From Alphaproteobacteria bacterium (GTDB lineage Bacteria > Pseudomonadota > Alphaproteobacteria > UBA2966): DNA of 64,000 nucleotides. The DNA is taken from positions 2,176,001-2,240,000 of the forward strand of contig OZ219856.1 in NCBI GenBank assembly GCA_964291395.2, in the 5' to 3' direction. This document shows positions 19,611 to 29,200 of the stretch, one piece after another. The first letter of the stretch is position 1, and every line of letters begins with the position of its first letter. The notes below the pieces were generated by a model. That model ran no database searches and had not been told where the DNA came from. It saw only the letters and a program-made list of their open reading frames with translations. Made by a program: the position numbers and the translations under genes.

Positions 19611-20012
19611 TCATGACCCTTCCGGATCGAAGAGCGGAATATCCATGGCACGGGCGACATCGTTCATGCGCCGGTCATAGCTCGCGAGTTCCACGTCCTG
19701 GCCCTGATCGGCCAGATACGCGCACGACGCCAGATGCAGGGCGTCGAGGGTGCGCAGCGGCACCGGACCGGGAAAGGCATCCAGCGCCCGCGCCAGAACC
19801 CGCGGGCTCAGCTCCAGCAGCGCGACCCGTCCGACGAGCCCACGCGCCGCCTCGCCGTGCGAGTTCGCAAGGCCACGCGCGTGCAGGGCCGTCCATGTCT
19901 CGTATTCGAGGAGCCGGCTGGACACCAGCGTCCCGTCCCAGAGGGACGCCGGGGGTGGGCGGTCCTCGGTCAGCAGCCAGGCCAGCGCGACGGACGTGTC
20001 GAGATAGATCAC
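19611..20012 (-). CDS. vapC: PIN-domain (VapC-like) toxin
   Basis: IYLDTS, LRTLDALHLAS, SYDRRM; GTGA overlap with the antitoxin. Confidence 0.9.
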   Translation of the reverse strand: MIYLDTSVALAWLLTEDRPPPASLWDGTLVSSRLLEYETWTALHARGLANSHGEAARGLVGRVALLELSPRVLARALDAFPGPVPLRTLDALHLASCAYLADQGQDVELASYDRRMNDVARAMDIPLFDPEGS

Positions 20013-20302
20013 CGGTCGCGCCGGCTTTCGTCGAGTTCGGCCAGAACCTCGTCCAGACTGGCGACCGGGGCGGGCCTGGGCGGCGCTCCCGATCCCGCCA
20101 GCGCCGGCGGCGCGAGCACGCCGGACCGCACCGCCTCGGCCAGGAACGCATCGGCGAGGACCGGGCTCCGGCTCTCCTGCAGCGGGCCGAGCTCCGCCAC
20201 GACCCGGTCGCGGTCCGTCACCAGAATGGTCTCGCCCGACGCCGCGAGCCGGACATACTCGCTCAACCGGTTGTTCAGCGCCTTGATCCCGACCGATCTC
20301 AT
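20009..20302 (-). CDS. Phd/YefM-family antitoxin
   Basis: MRSVGIKALNNRLSEYVRLAASGETILVTDRDRVVAELGP; C-terminal LDEVLAELDESRRDR. Confidence 0.88.
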   Translation of the reverse strand: MRSVGIKALNNRLSEYVRLAASGETILVTDRDRVVAELGPLQESRSPVLADAFLAEAVRSGVLAPPALAGSGAPPRPAPVASLDEVLAELDESRRDR

Positions 20303-20310
20303 GTACTCAA

Positions 20311-20320
20311 GGTAGCTACC
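20311..20320. promoter_or_regulatory. Probable TA autorepression operator
   Basis: Perfect palindrome GGTAGCTACC 8 nt upstream of the antitoxin ATG; no RBS, so possibly leaderless. Confidence 0.55.
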
Positions 20321-20409
20321 GCGCCCTACTTCGTCAACCGGCATCATGGGCCGGGCTCCGCGACCAGCCGCCGAACCGCAGATGCCCCAGGCACCCACCC
20401 GTCCGGAGC

Positions 20410-21212
20410 CGATGATCGATGAACCGCACCCAACGAGGGAGGGTGTTCTCAAGGCGACCTGGCAACTGTCCGGTCTCGAGCCGAGTTCCGCGACGGGGAT
20501 GCGGGCCCGAGTCGGGTCAATCAACGCCGAATGCGTGGTCGAAGTGCTGGGGTCAGAAGCGGATCGATACCGGAATGTGATCGATTTAGGATTCGAGCGA
20601 GACCGTTATCGGCTCAAGCTCGGCGCCGGTCCTAAGAAGGTCCGACTGCTCGCACCGACTAGAATGGTTAGAGAACCCATGGGCATTGAAGTGTCGATTG
20701 AGAACAGCCGCTTCAAGATCACGGGCGAGCGCACTCTCTGGCTATGAAAGGAGCTCGGAGTCGCGATCTGTGAGTTACGAGTCAATTTGACCGGTAAGGA
20801 GGAGACCACCGGCGTGATTACCGCTCGCTTCGGCGAGAAGGAAGTAACAACTGACGTCAGCGGAGTGCAACCCCTGGGCGCCGGCATCAAGATCAAACTC
20901 GAGGACATTGAGCTGGGTAACCAGCGCTGTCGCTGGCGCCAGAATGTCCTTGAGATTGCAGCCAGGCACCCGGCTCTCAAGCGGTACCTTGGACCTCCTC
21001 CGAAGTTTGATGGGCAGCACGAAAAGCACTTCCGGGTGGTTCTGGCGGAAGTAACGGCGGATGCTGTGTGCTCCCGGCTCGTTAGCGACAGTACTCGAAA
21101 CAACCCCGATGAGTACGAGGACGCGGACCGGGATCAGTTCTATGCTGAGTACAGCGGGCTGATAACGAAATTCCTTCCGGAGGCGCACAAGCTGCAGGTG
21201 CCGTCCGATTAA
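20410..21212 (+). pseudogene. C-terminal remnant of a large foreign protein with an in-frame nonsense codon
   Basis: ORFs 20346-20747 and 20787-21212 share one frame and are separated by a single TGA (20745-20747); lower GC; no credible start. Confidence 0.6.
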
Positions 21213-21343
21213 TAGCGGGCGAGGAATTCGACACGGGTTTCGAGGCAGCTGGGGTCGGACGCCGACCGACATATTAATTGGATGGCCGACTGGCTTTCCA
21301 CTCAGGCCCTCTGTCTTGGCCAACAACAAAGCCGGATTCATAG

Positions 21344-21560
21344 CGCTTCACTGGTTCATTTCTCCAACTCAACAAAGCCTTAGAGGATAATCCGGGCGAG
21401 GTTTGCGCGATCTACCGCGTAAGTCCGCAAGAGTGCAGGCGGCAAGGTATCGATGAAGACGGCGAGGTCAAGCAGCTCTACCAAGGTGAAGAAACCGTAG
21501 TCCCGCGCGAGTGCCGTGGCGAGATTTACCCCTGTGATCGCGCCATCCTGGCCGTGAAGT
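21344..21560 (+). pseudogene. Gene fragment, possibly the C-terminus of a Z1-domain (restriction-associated) protein
   Basis: Manual translation FLQLNKALEDNPGEVCAIYRVSP...GIDEDGEVKQLYQGE...RGEIYPCDRAI, cut off by repeat copy 2; family call from memory only. Confidence 0.3.
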
Positions 21561-21974
21561 CATCGCGCGCTCGATGGAGAAGCTCACGACCACCGACTAC
21601 GAGGCCGTCATCGAGGGCTGCATGCTGGCTGGAACCCACTGGTTCAACGTGGCCCCGCACGAGATGGGCATGTCCGCGCATGATCAGGACGTCATGCACG
21701 TCGAGTACATGGTCGTGCACGAGCGCCGCAAGGCGTGGCTCGTCTCGCCGGCCATGTGGTGGAGGCTCTGGAGCGCATCGAGGACATGCGGGCACTTCAC
21801 GTGCGAGGAAACGCGGACGGCGGCGAAAAGGCGGCCGCGGCGGCGCTCCGGTGCCTTGAAATCATCCGCGAAGCCGCGACCGACGCCAAGCCGCTGGGCC
21901 TGACATCCCCCCATCGTGGACGCGTCAGTCTCGGCACCTGAGGGTCGCAGGTTCGAATCCTGCCCCCGCAACCA
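21561..21974 (+). pseudogene. Direct repeat copy 2: 5'-truncated, frameshifted copy of paralog B plus tRNA-fMet remnant (21923-21974)
   Basis: GCCATGTGGTGG vs GCCATGGTGG (2-bp insertion near 21757); lacks the first ~12 codons. Confidence 0.9.
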
Positions 21975-21977
21975 CTG

Positions 21978-22013
21978 AAGCCCTTGAAAACATTGATGTT
22001 GTCGAGGGGTTTC
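21978..22013 (+). terminator. Hairpin after tRNA remnant 2
   Basis: CCCTTGAAAACAT-TG-ATGTTGTCGAGGG followed by GTTTCTT. Confidence 0.55.
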
Positions 22014-22293
22014 TTGTGTGAGGCGCCGCTCAATGTGGGGGATTCATCAACACACGAGGCAGCTCGCGGGATACAACGTTGGTCCACAAATGGCCCCGTA
22101 TGGCTCCGCCAGGGAACGCTTCAGCAGAGGAGAGCGCACGACAACAATCGTTTCTCTAGCAGCCGGATCGTCGGTCATTCGCATTATTCCGGCAGCAGAG
22201 AACCGGGAGGCAAGAAGGTTTAGAAGATCTACGCATCTCAACGGGAGGCCAATCATTTCGCCCATGGCATCCTCGTCTGAGAGCGGAGCGAGT

Positions 22294-22494
22294 TCACTGA
22301 TGCATGATTGGGGAACTTGGTTTGAGAGCGTTACAGGGACAGTCATAAGAAGCCCGAAGCCAGTCATATTGCTCCGCGGACATGAGCACGAACTCGCGGC
22401 ACCCATGCCGGGTTATCTCCACCGGCTCGCGCTGCGCTTCGTGCTGGAACCGGCCGAACTTGCGTTGGAACTCGAGGGCGCTCACGGTGGGCAT
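22294..22494 (-). pseudogene. Orphan Phd/YefM-family antitoxin, probably C-terminally truncated
   Basis: MPTVSALEFQRKFGRFQHEAQREPVEITRHG...FVLMSAEQYDWL then a switch into AT-richer sequence near 22345; GGGAGG RBS; no toxin follows. Confidence 0.7.
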
Positions 22495-22529
22495 GGCAGC
22501 CTCCCCACGTAACAGGTATCTGCCTCAAA

Positions 22530-22544
22530 TACGTATAATCCGTA
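22530..22544. promoter_or_regulatory. Near-palindrome upstream of the orphan antitoxin (putative operator)
   Basis: TACGTATAATCCGTA. Confidence 0.4.
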
Positions 22545-22898
22545 GAAACGAAAGGGGCCGGTGAGAGGAAGTTTGGCGCGGTCGGTGCGCAGATGTCGAA
22601 GATCGTCCCGATTCTTGGGTGCCGCGGCCGTCCCCGCCGTCTTGCATCGCCTCCGCCTTCCCGGTTTCGGTGACCCTGGAAGGCCGATTTGAACACGCGA
22701 ACGGGCATTATCAAACGGTCAGGCAAGAGGATTTCCTTCATGGAATCAACTGCTTGTCCCCTACAGGCCCTCCAGGCACCGCATGCGCCGCCCGGGGCAT
22801 GATCGAAAAAATTCAGTATCCGTTCGGCGCTCGGGGGATGAGCGCGGAGTCAGGCCGAGCTCAACGGTCGGAAGATCGCAGCTTTCCTCGAAACTGCA

Positions 22899-23993
22899 TC
22901 ATTCCGGCAGGACGAGGATGAGCTTGCCGGTGAACCCCTTGGCCAAGAACGCTTCCTGCGCGCGACGGATCTCGCTCAGGGGGAACGTCTTCGCGACGAG
23001 GGGACGTATCTCGCCGCGTTCGATGTAGGAGACCAAGTTCGAGAACACCGCGTCTTCCTGGAAGGTGCAGCCGAACAGCGTCAGGTCCTTGAGGTAGAGG
23101 GTGCGCACGTCCAGCTCGACCATCGGACCGGCGATCGCGCCGGCGGTTGCATACCGCCCGCCGCGGCGCAGCACATCGAGCAGCCCCGGCCAGGCCGGAC
23201 CGGCGACGAGGTCGATGATCGCGTCGACGCTGTCGCGGCCGATCGCGGCAACAAGATCGGCATCGCGGCCGACCACCTCGTCGGCGCCGACCGCGCGCAC
23301 GGCGTCGGCCTTGGCGGAGCCGGCGACGGCGGTGACATGGGCGCCGCGGCGCTTCGCGAGTTGGACGGCGGCCGTGCCGACGCCCCCCGACGCACCGGTC
23401 ACGAGCACGCGCTCCGCGCCCACCGAAGCCCGATGCAGCATGTTCTCGGCCGTGGAGTACGCGCACGGGATCGAAGCAAGCTCCGCGTCGGACCAGTCGC
23501 ACTCCACCCTGTGCGTTTCTCGGGCAGGCACCTTGACGTATTGCGCGAACGCGCCGTCGCATTCCGAGCCGAGGGTCCAGCACTCGAACGGGCGGTCGTC
23601 GACGGGGCTGCGCAGCATGTTGCGGACGATCACGCGCTCGCCGATGCGGCCGGGGTCCACGCCCTCGCCCGCCGCCACGATCCGGCCGCAGCAGTCGGCG
23701 CCCTGAATGCGGGGAAAGTCCACCGCGGCGCCCGACCAGCCGGCATCGGCATCGTCGATCCGGGCGAAGCCACGCGCGCCGGCGGCGCCGGTCGCCTCGC
23801 CGACGGTCTTGGAGTACCAGCCGATGCGGGTGTTGATGTCGGTGTTGTTGACGCCCGCGGCCGCCACCCTGATGAGGACTTCGCCGGCGCGCGCCACCGG
23901 CGTCGGGACGTCGGTGCTGTAGCGCAGCTTGTCGAGCCCGCCATGGCCGACGAGCTGAACCGCGGCCATTCGCGGCGGAATCGGCGAACTCAT
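22899..23993 (-). CDS. Medium-chain dehydrogenase/reductase (zinc-type alcohol dehydrogenase family)
   Basis: GHGGLDKL, AAGVNNTD, FPRIQGAD, VTGASGGVG, GKLIL; GGGAG RBS. Confidence 0.9.
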   Translation of the reverse strand: MSSPIPPRMAAVQLVGHGGLDKLRYSTDVPTPVARAGEVLIRVAAAGVNNTDINTRIGWYSKTVGEATGAAGARGFARIDDADAGWSGAAVDFPRIQGADCCGRIVAAGEGVDPGRIGERVIVRNMLRSPVDDRPFECWTLGSECDGAFAQYVKVPARETHRVECDWSDAELASIPCAYSTAENMLHRASVGAERVLVTGASGGVGTAAVQLAKRRGAHVTAVAGSAKADAVRAVGADEVVGRDADLVAAIGRDSVDAIIDLVAGPAWPGLLDVLRRGGRYATAGAIAGPMVELDVRTLYLKDLTLFGCTFQEDAVFSNLVSYIERGEIRPLVAKTFPLSEIRRAQEAFLAKGFTGKLILVLPE

Positions 23994-24209
23994 TCCGGTG
24001 CTCCCGCTGCATTGCCCGGCAACGGCCGCCGCGGCGTCCGTCGGAGGGGATGAAAGATCCGGTGGCAGGCGCTCCGGAGCCGCGCCAATATGCACCCGGC
24101 ACAGGGAACGGTCCATATACACGATACACGCGACCCGTTCCGCCGCCATGCCTGGCGCAACGGGAACGGCGACGGCAAGCCGCTGCCGACCTACTCTCCA
24201 GTCCGGACC

Positions 24210-24818
24210 CTAGCGCGTTCCGGAATCCGCCGCGCCCGGCGGCACCAGCTCTTCCACCTGCTGCAGGATCGCGCGCAGCAAGGACTCTTCCGGACGGCTC
24301 CGCGCCAGGACGCGCAAGCCGATGAGCAGACCGAGCAGAGCCCCCGCGGTTCTGTCCTCGGCGACCGAGTCGCAAATCTCCCCTAGAATCTTGCCCTGCG
24401 CGATCGACGCGCGGAAAAACTCCTCCATGTCAGCGAACGCGCGGGCGACGATGTCCGCCACCTCCGGGTCGTGGGGCGACAGCTCGAGCGCGGTGTTGAT
24501 GAGAAGACATCCGTCTCGCGAGCTCTCAGTCACGGCGACGTCGATGGCCGCCTCGAACGCGCCGAGGATCGCCTGACGCGGCGACGAAGACCGCGCCAGT
24601 TCGGCCATCCAGTCCTTGCGCCAGACCTTGTCGTAGAGTTGCAAGGCGCGCACGAACAGGCCGTGCTTGTCGCCGAACTCGTTGTAGATGCTGCCGCTGC
24701 CAAGGCCCATGCACGCCGCCAGGTCCTGCATGGAGGTCGCCTGATAGCCCTGCCTCCAGAACAGGTTCATTGCCCTCAGCAGCACATCCTCGGTGTCGAA
24801 CTGCCTGGGTCTCGGCAT
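24210..24818 (-). CDS. TetR/AcrR family regulator (paralog 1)
   Basis: MPRPRQFD...FWRQGYQATSMQDL...SIYNEFGDK; GCLLINTALE. Confidence 0.95.
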   Translation of the reverse strand: MPRPRQFDTEDVLLRAMNLFWRQGYQATSMQDLAACMGLGSGSIYNEFGDKHGLFVRALQLYDKVWRKDWMAELARSSSPRQAILGAFEAAIDVAVTESSRDGCLLINTALELSPHDPEVADIVARAFADMEEFFRASIAQGKILGEICDSVAEDRTAGALLGLLIGLRVLARSRPEESLLRAILQQVEELVPPGAADSGTR

Positions 24819-25139
24819 CGCGCGGCCTCAATCGTCACAATTCATGGGCGCAAGGGCTCCATCGTGGAGGTCGAAGCCATCGGCATGGGCCCCGGTTCTC
24901 ACGGCCCGTTCCGGGAAGATGCAAGAGCCGCTCTCGGGAGCGGCCCTCGAACCCACGGCATGCTGCCGACGGGAAACCGGCACTACTCTAAATCCGCGCG
25001 TTCGCCGCCCGCAAGCGAGCATCCGCGTCCTCACTTCGCGACGCTCACCCCGTCCACGCCGATCATGGCGGCGGCGGCCAGCGCAAGCAACGCCGCCGCA
25101 CCAAGCACGCGGCTGCACGGGGAGCCGACCGCTTCCATG

Positions 25140-25155
25140 TGGAATGTTCGATCCA
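25140..25155. promoter_or_regulatory. Putative TetR operator
   Basis: TGGA-ATGTTCGA-TCCA (4-8-4 inverted repeat) between the divergent TetR genes. Confidence 0.45.
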
Positions 25156-25403
25156 ATACGTGTACAGTTCGACAACCGTGCCGAGACCGCGACGGGACCT
25201 TCGCACGAAGGGTAGCCGAGGCAGTGTTTCGGTGATTGGCGGATTGTCCCACGCAGGCATCGGCACGCGGAGGTTTCATGCGCGCGGGCGGCGGCAACCG
25301 AATTCAGGCGGCGGAAGGGACGTGACGGCGGACTCGGAACGGGAGCGTTCACCGGTACGGATCGATAGGGCGCCATGAGAATCCTGACGATTGAGTGCGC
25401 GTG

Positions 25404-25997
25404 ATGCCGAGGCACGAGCAGTTCGACACCGACGATGTCCTGATGAGAGCGATGAACCTGTTCTGGCGGCAGGGCTATCGGGCGACGTCGATGACGGAGC
25501 TGGCGAAGGTGATGGGCCTCGGGCGTGCCAACATCTACCGCGAGTTCGGCAACAAGCACGGCCTGTTCGTGCGCGCCTTGCGCCACTACGACAAGGTCTG
25601 GCGCGAGAACTGGCTGGCTGACCTGACGAAGTCCTCGTCGCCGCGCGAGGCGATCCTGGATGTGTTCGAGGCGGCCATCGACGCCTGCCTGGCGGACGGT
25701 TCACGGGACGGCTGCCTTCTCATCAACACGGCACTGGAGTTGTCGCCGCACGATCCGGAGGTCGAGGACATCGTCACCCGTGCGTTCACCGAGATGGAGG
25801 CATTCTTCCGCACGTCCGTCGAGCGGGGCAAGGCCCTCGGGGAGATTCGCGACACGGTCGCCGAAGAGAGGACCGCGAGCGCTCTTCTCGGTCTGTTCAT
25901 CGGCTTGCGCGTGCTGGTGCGGAGCCGTCCGGAAGAACCATTGCTGCGTTCGATCATGCAGCAGGCGGAAGATCTGGTGCCGCGGGGCGCGACCTGA
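25404..25997 (+). CDS. TetR/AcrR family regulator (paralog 2)
   Basis: About 73% identical to paralog 1 by manual count (54 differences in 197 aligned residues). Confidence 0.95.
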   Translation: MPRHEQFDTDDVLMRAMNLFWRQGYRATSMTELAKVMGLGRANIYREFGNKHGLFVRALRHYDKVWRENWLADLTKSSSPREAILDVFEAAIDACLADGSRDGCLLINTALELSPHDPEVEDIVTRAFTEMEAFFRTSVERGKALGEIRDTVAEERTASALLGLFIGLRVLVRSRPEEPLLRSIMQQAEDLVPRGAT

Positions 25998-26118
25998 TCC
26001 GGAGGTCCCTGAAGTCGAGGTCAAAGAGAAGAGCCACGGCTTGCGGACCGGGCGCGCGCCTCACAAGTAGCCCGGGACCGGACAGCCGCCGGATGGTGTT
26101 CTGCTCCCATTATTATTA

Positions 26119-26134
26119 TTGAATGATCAATCAA
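26119..26134. promoter_or_regulatory. Putative TetR operator in the adhesin promoter
   Basis: TTGA-ATGATCAA-TCAA in an AT-rich patch upstream of the adhesin. Confidence 0.55.
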
Positions 26135-26210
26135 AAACTCGTACTATTCGAAAAGCAATTCGAGACCACGCAGAGAGTCTCGACGATTTTGGATGCCGGA
26201 GAGGCGCGTG

Positions 26211-29200
26211 ATGAACACCGAAGTTCATCTCGAACCACTCTTGAGCCCTGCCGAATCGGCCGGACGAGGGACCAGAGCTGCCCTCTTGAGGTGGCCTCCG
26301 CTCCGGTCTCGATCGACATCTCAGTGCATCGGTCGTCGTTCAACTCGGTGGGGTTGGCGACGGCCCAAACCTGCTCACCGGTTCGGGGCAGCTCCGCTGG
26401 CGGGAGTGTTCACCCGCTGCCGCTCACGCATCCGCAAGCGCGCAGCAATCTCATCGCCGAACCGCCCCGTGGCGTCCGCTCGCGCGGCTCTGGCGGCGGC
26501 CGTCCTGGCTTTCGCCGTCTGCCTGCCGTCTGCCGCCGACCGGGCACGGGGACAGGCGCAGGCGGCAACCGTTTCCGAAGGCTGGCCGCTCATCCCGACG
26601 GGCTCCGGCGGCCAGCCGTTGTTCTCCGTGGGCGGGCAGTTCCGGCTGCTGTTCGTCACCTCCTCGGGGATCAAGGCGAGTTCCGTCGCGGTCGGTCCCT
26701 ACAATGCCTTCGTTCGCAAGAAGGCAGCCGGGAACGCGGCGCTCACGGGTTTCAGCGGCAAGTTCAAGGCCCTGGTTTCCGTCAAGGCCGCGACCGTACA
26801 AGGCTCCGTCGACGCCCGGGACAATACAGCCACCACCGGGACGGGCGTGCCCATCTACTGGCTGAACGGCGCGAAGGCGGCCGACGACTACGCCGATTTC
26901 TACGACGGGAACTGGGATTCCCGCGCCGGGCGCAACGAGGCCGGGGGTGCGCACCAACCCTATCTCATCTGGACCGGCTCCAAGGCCGACGGAACGAAAA
27001 AGAGCCACGGCTCCATAGGTACGGTCTACGTCACCGTGGGGAATCTGAGCGCCGGCAAGGAAATCGATGCCGGCGTCAAGGCGCCCAGCGGTGGATCGCT
27101 GCCCCTGTACGGGCTCTCCCCGGTCATCACCGTGGTCGCCGCGCCCACGCAGGACAGCACGCCGCCCAAGGTGAAACTGTTCCGCCGGTCGGTCGGGACA
27201 CAGAAGGCGCCCTTCGAGATCGACATCAACTTCGACGAGAACGTCACCGGCCTGCAATTGAGCGAGATCGCGGTCACCAAGGGCGTGCCGTCGAACCTGC
27301 AAGGCCAGGGCGCGCGCTACACCGTCACCGTCACGCCGAGCGAGGACACGGCCGGCTCGCTGACGGTGACGGTGCCGGCCGGCGCGGTCACCGATGCGGC
27401 CGGCAACGCCAACGCCGAAGCAGCGCAGCTCACCGTCCCGATCGACACCCGAAGGCCGCGGGCACGGATCACCGTGAAAGAACCGAACGTGGAGGTCGCG
27501 GGCGCGTTCGTCGTCACCATCACCTTCACCGAGCGGATCAGGGGTTTCGACGCCACCGATCTCGAGGTCATCAACGGGAAGGCCTCGAATCTGAGGAGCC
27601 CGCAGAACAAGCCGAAAGTCTACCTCGCCACCATCACGCCTGCCGCGTCCGGCACCGTGATCGTGCATCTGCCGGCCGGGAAGGTCGAGGACATGGACCT
27701 GGCCCGCAACCCCAACGTCGCCTCGAATCGGATCATCATCCACGCCAAGATGCGCGATATCCGCATCCTCCCGCCGAGGGAGCAGCGGGTATCGGCGGAC
27801 TGGCCGCTCATCCCCGAGGATTCCGATGGCCGCACGCCGGGGCGCTTCCGGCTGCTGTTCGTCACCTCCGACCGCTACACCCACTACAACAAGCCTTGGG
27901 ACTCTCCCACCAGCATCAAGTATCACAACGACTTCGTTCAGGCGGCAACGTCACGCAACCCGCATCTGAAGAGTTTCAAGGGCGGGACCCGAGCCCTGAT
28001 CTCCACGATGGTGACCGATGCCCGGGTCAACACCGCCACCACCGGGACGGGCGTGCCTATCTACTGGTTGAATGGAGAGCGGGTGGCCGACAGCTACGCC
28101 GATTTCTACGACGGCACCTGGGCGTCCTATTCCGTCAAGAACGAACGGGGGGCCGACTACAAGCCGGGGCTCATATGGACCGGCTCGAACAAAAACGGAA
28201 CCAAAGCCAACGACGCACAGAGAGCGTTTCATAGCGCGCATAGCTTTCATGCCAGAGTGGGGGACCCGGGGAGCAAGAGACCGATCGACGGCGGCTTCGC
28301 CGTGGCGGAGTACCCCGTCCTGGCAGACGGCACGCGGGGCGCTCGTTCGCTGCCGCTCTACGGTCTTTCGCCGGTGTTCGTCGTTCAGTCCCGTCAGCGG
28401 TCGGCCCCGACGGTCACGCTGAACCTCTCGCCGGACACCGTCGATGAGAACGGCGGGACGGCCACGGTGACGGCGTCTCTGGACCGGGCGTCGGGCGCGG
28501 AGACCGTGGTGACGGTGACCGCCACGCCGGACGCTCCGGCGGAGGCGGCGGACATCCGGCAGAGCGGGACCACGCTGACCATCCCGGCGGGGCAGACGGC
28601 GAGCACCGGGTCGGTGACGATCACGGCCGTCGACAACGCGGTGGACGCGCCCGACAGGACGGTGACGGTGTCGGGAACGGCGGCCAACGCGGAGGGAGTG
28701 ACGGACCCCGAAGCGGTGACCCTGACGATCGAAGACGACGATGAGACGCCGACGGTCACGCTGGCGCTGTCGCGGTCCTCGATCTCGGAGAACGGCGGGA
28801 CGGCGGCGGTGACGGCGAGGCTGGACCGGGCGTCGGGCGCGCCGACGGTGGTGACGGTGGCCGCCTCGCCGGACGCTCCGGCGCAGGCGGCCGACTACAG
28901 GCTGAGCGGGACCACGCTGACCATCCCGGCGGGGCAGACGGCGAGCACCGGGTCGGTGACGATCACGGCCGTCGACAACGCGGTGGACGCGCCCGACAAG
29001 ACGGTGTCGGTGTCGGGAACGGCACGCAACGCGGAGGGCGTGACGGGTCCCGGACCGGCGACGCTGACGATCCGCGACGACGACGGCGACCCGGACAGGA
29101 CGAGGCCGACGGTGGAAATCACTCCCCCGGCGGGAGCGCAAAGGGGTTCGTTCGGGGTGACCATCGTCTTCAGCGAGCCGGTCAAGTGGTTCAGGCTCGA

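Noticed and set aside
20745-20747. Selenocysteine or programmed read-through at the in-frame TGA
   Set aside because: No obvious SECIS hairpin or redox motif; the frame lacks a start and sits among decayed fragments
19213-21560. Active autonomous integrative element or prophage
   Set aside because: Only the recombinase tail remains; no replication, transfer or phage genes
22018-22345. Protein-coding gene in the AT-richer stretch after repeat copy 2
   Set aside because: No recognisable motif, RBS or consistent frame; treated as unassigned foreign debris
26123-28234. Long alternative-frame and antisense ORFs (for example 703 aa here, 658 aa at 11387, 878 aa at 57234, 577 aa at 44978)
   Set aside because: Arg/Gly/Pro-rich shadow frames expected in high-GC DNA, overlapping well-supported genes
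26565-28390. Diversity-generating retroelement target/template pair
   Set aside because: The two lectin-like copies differ broadly rather than at adenines only, both are coding, and no reverse transcriptase is present
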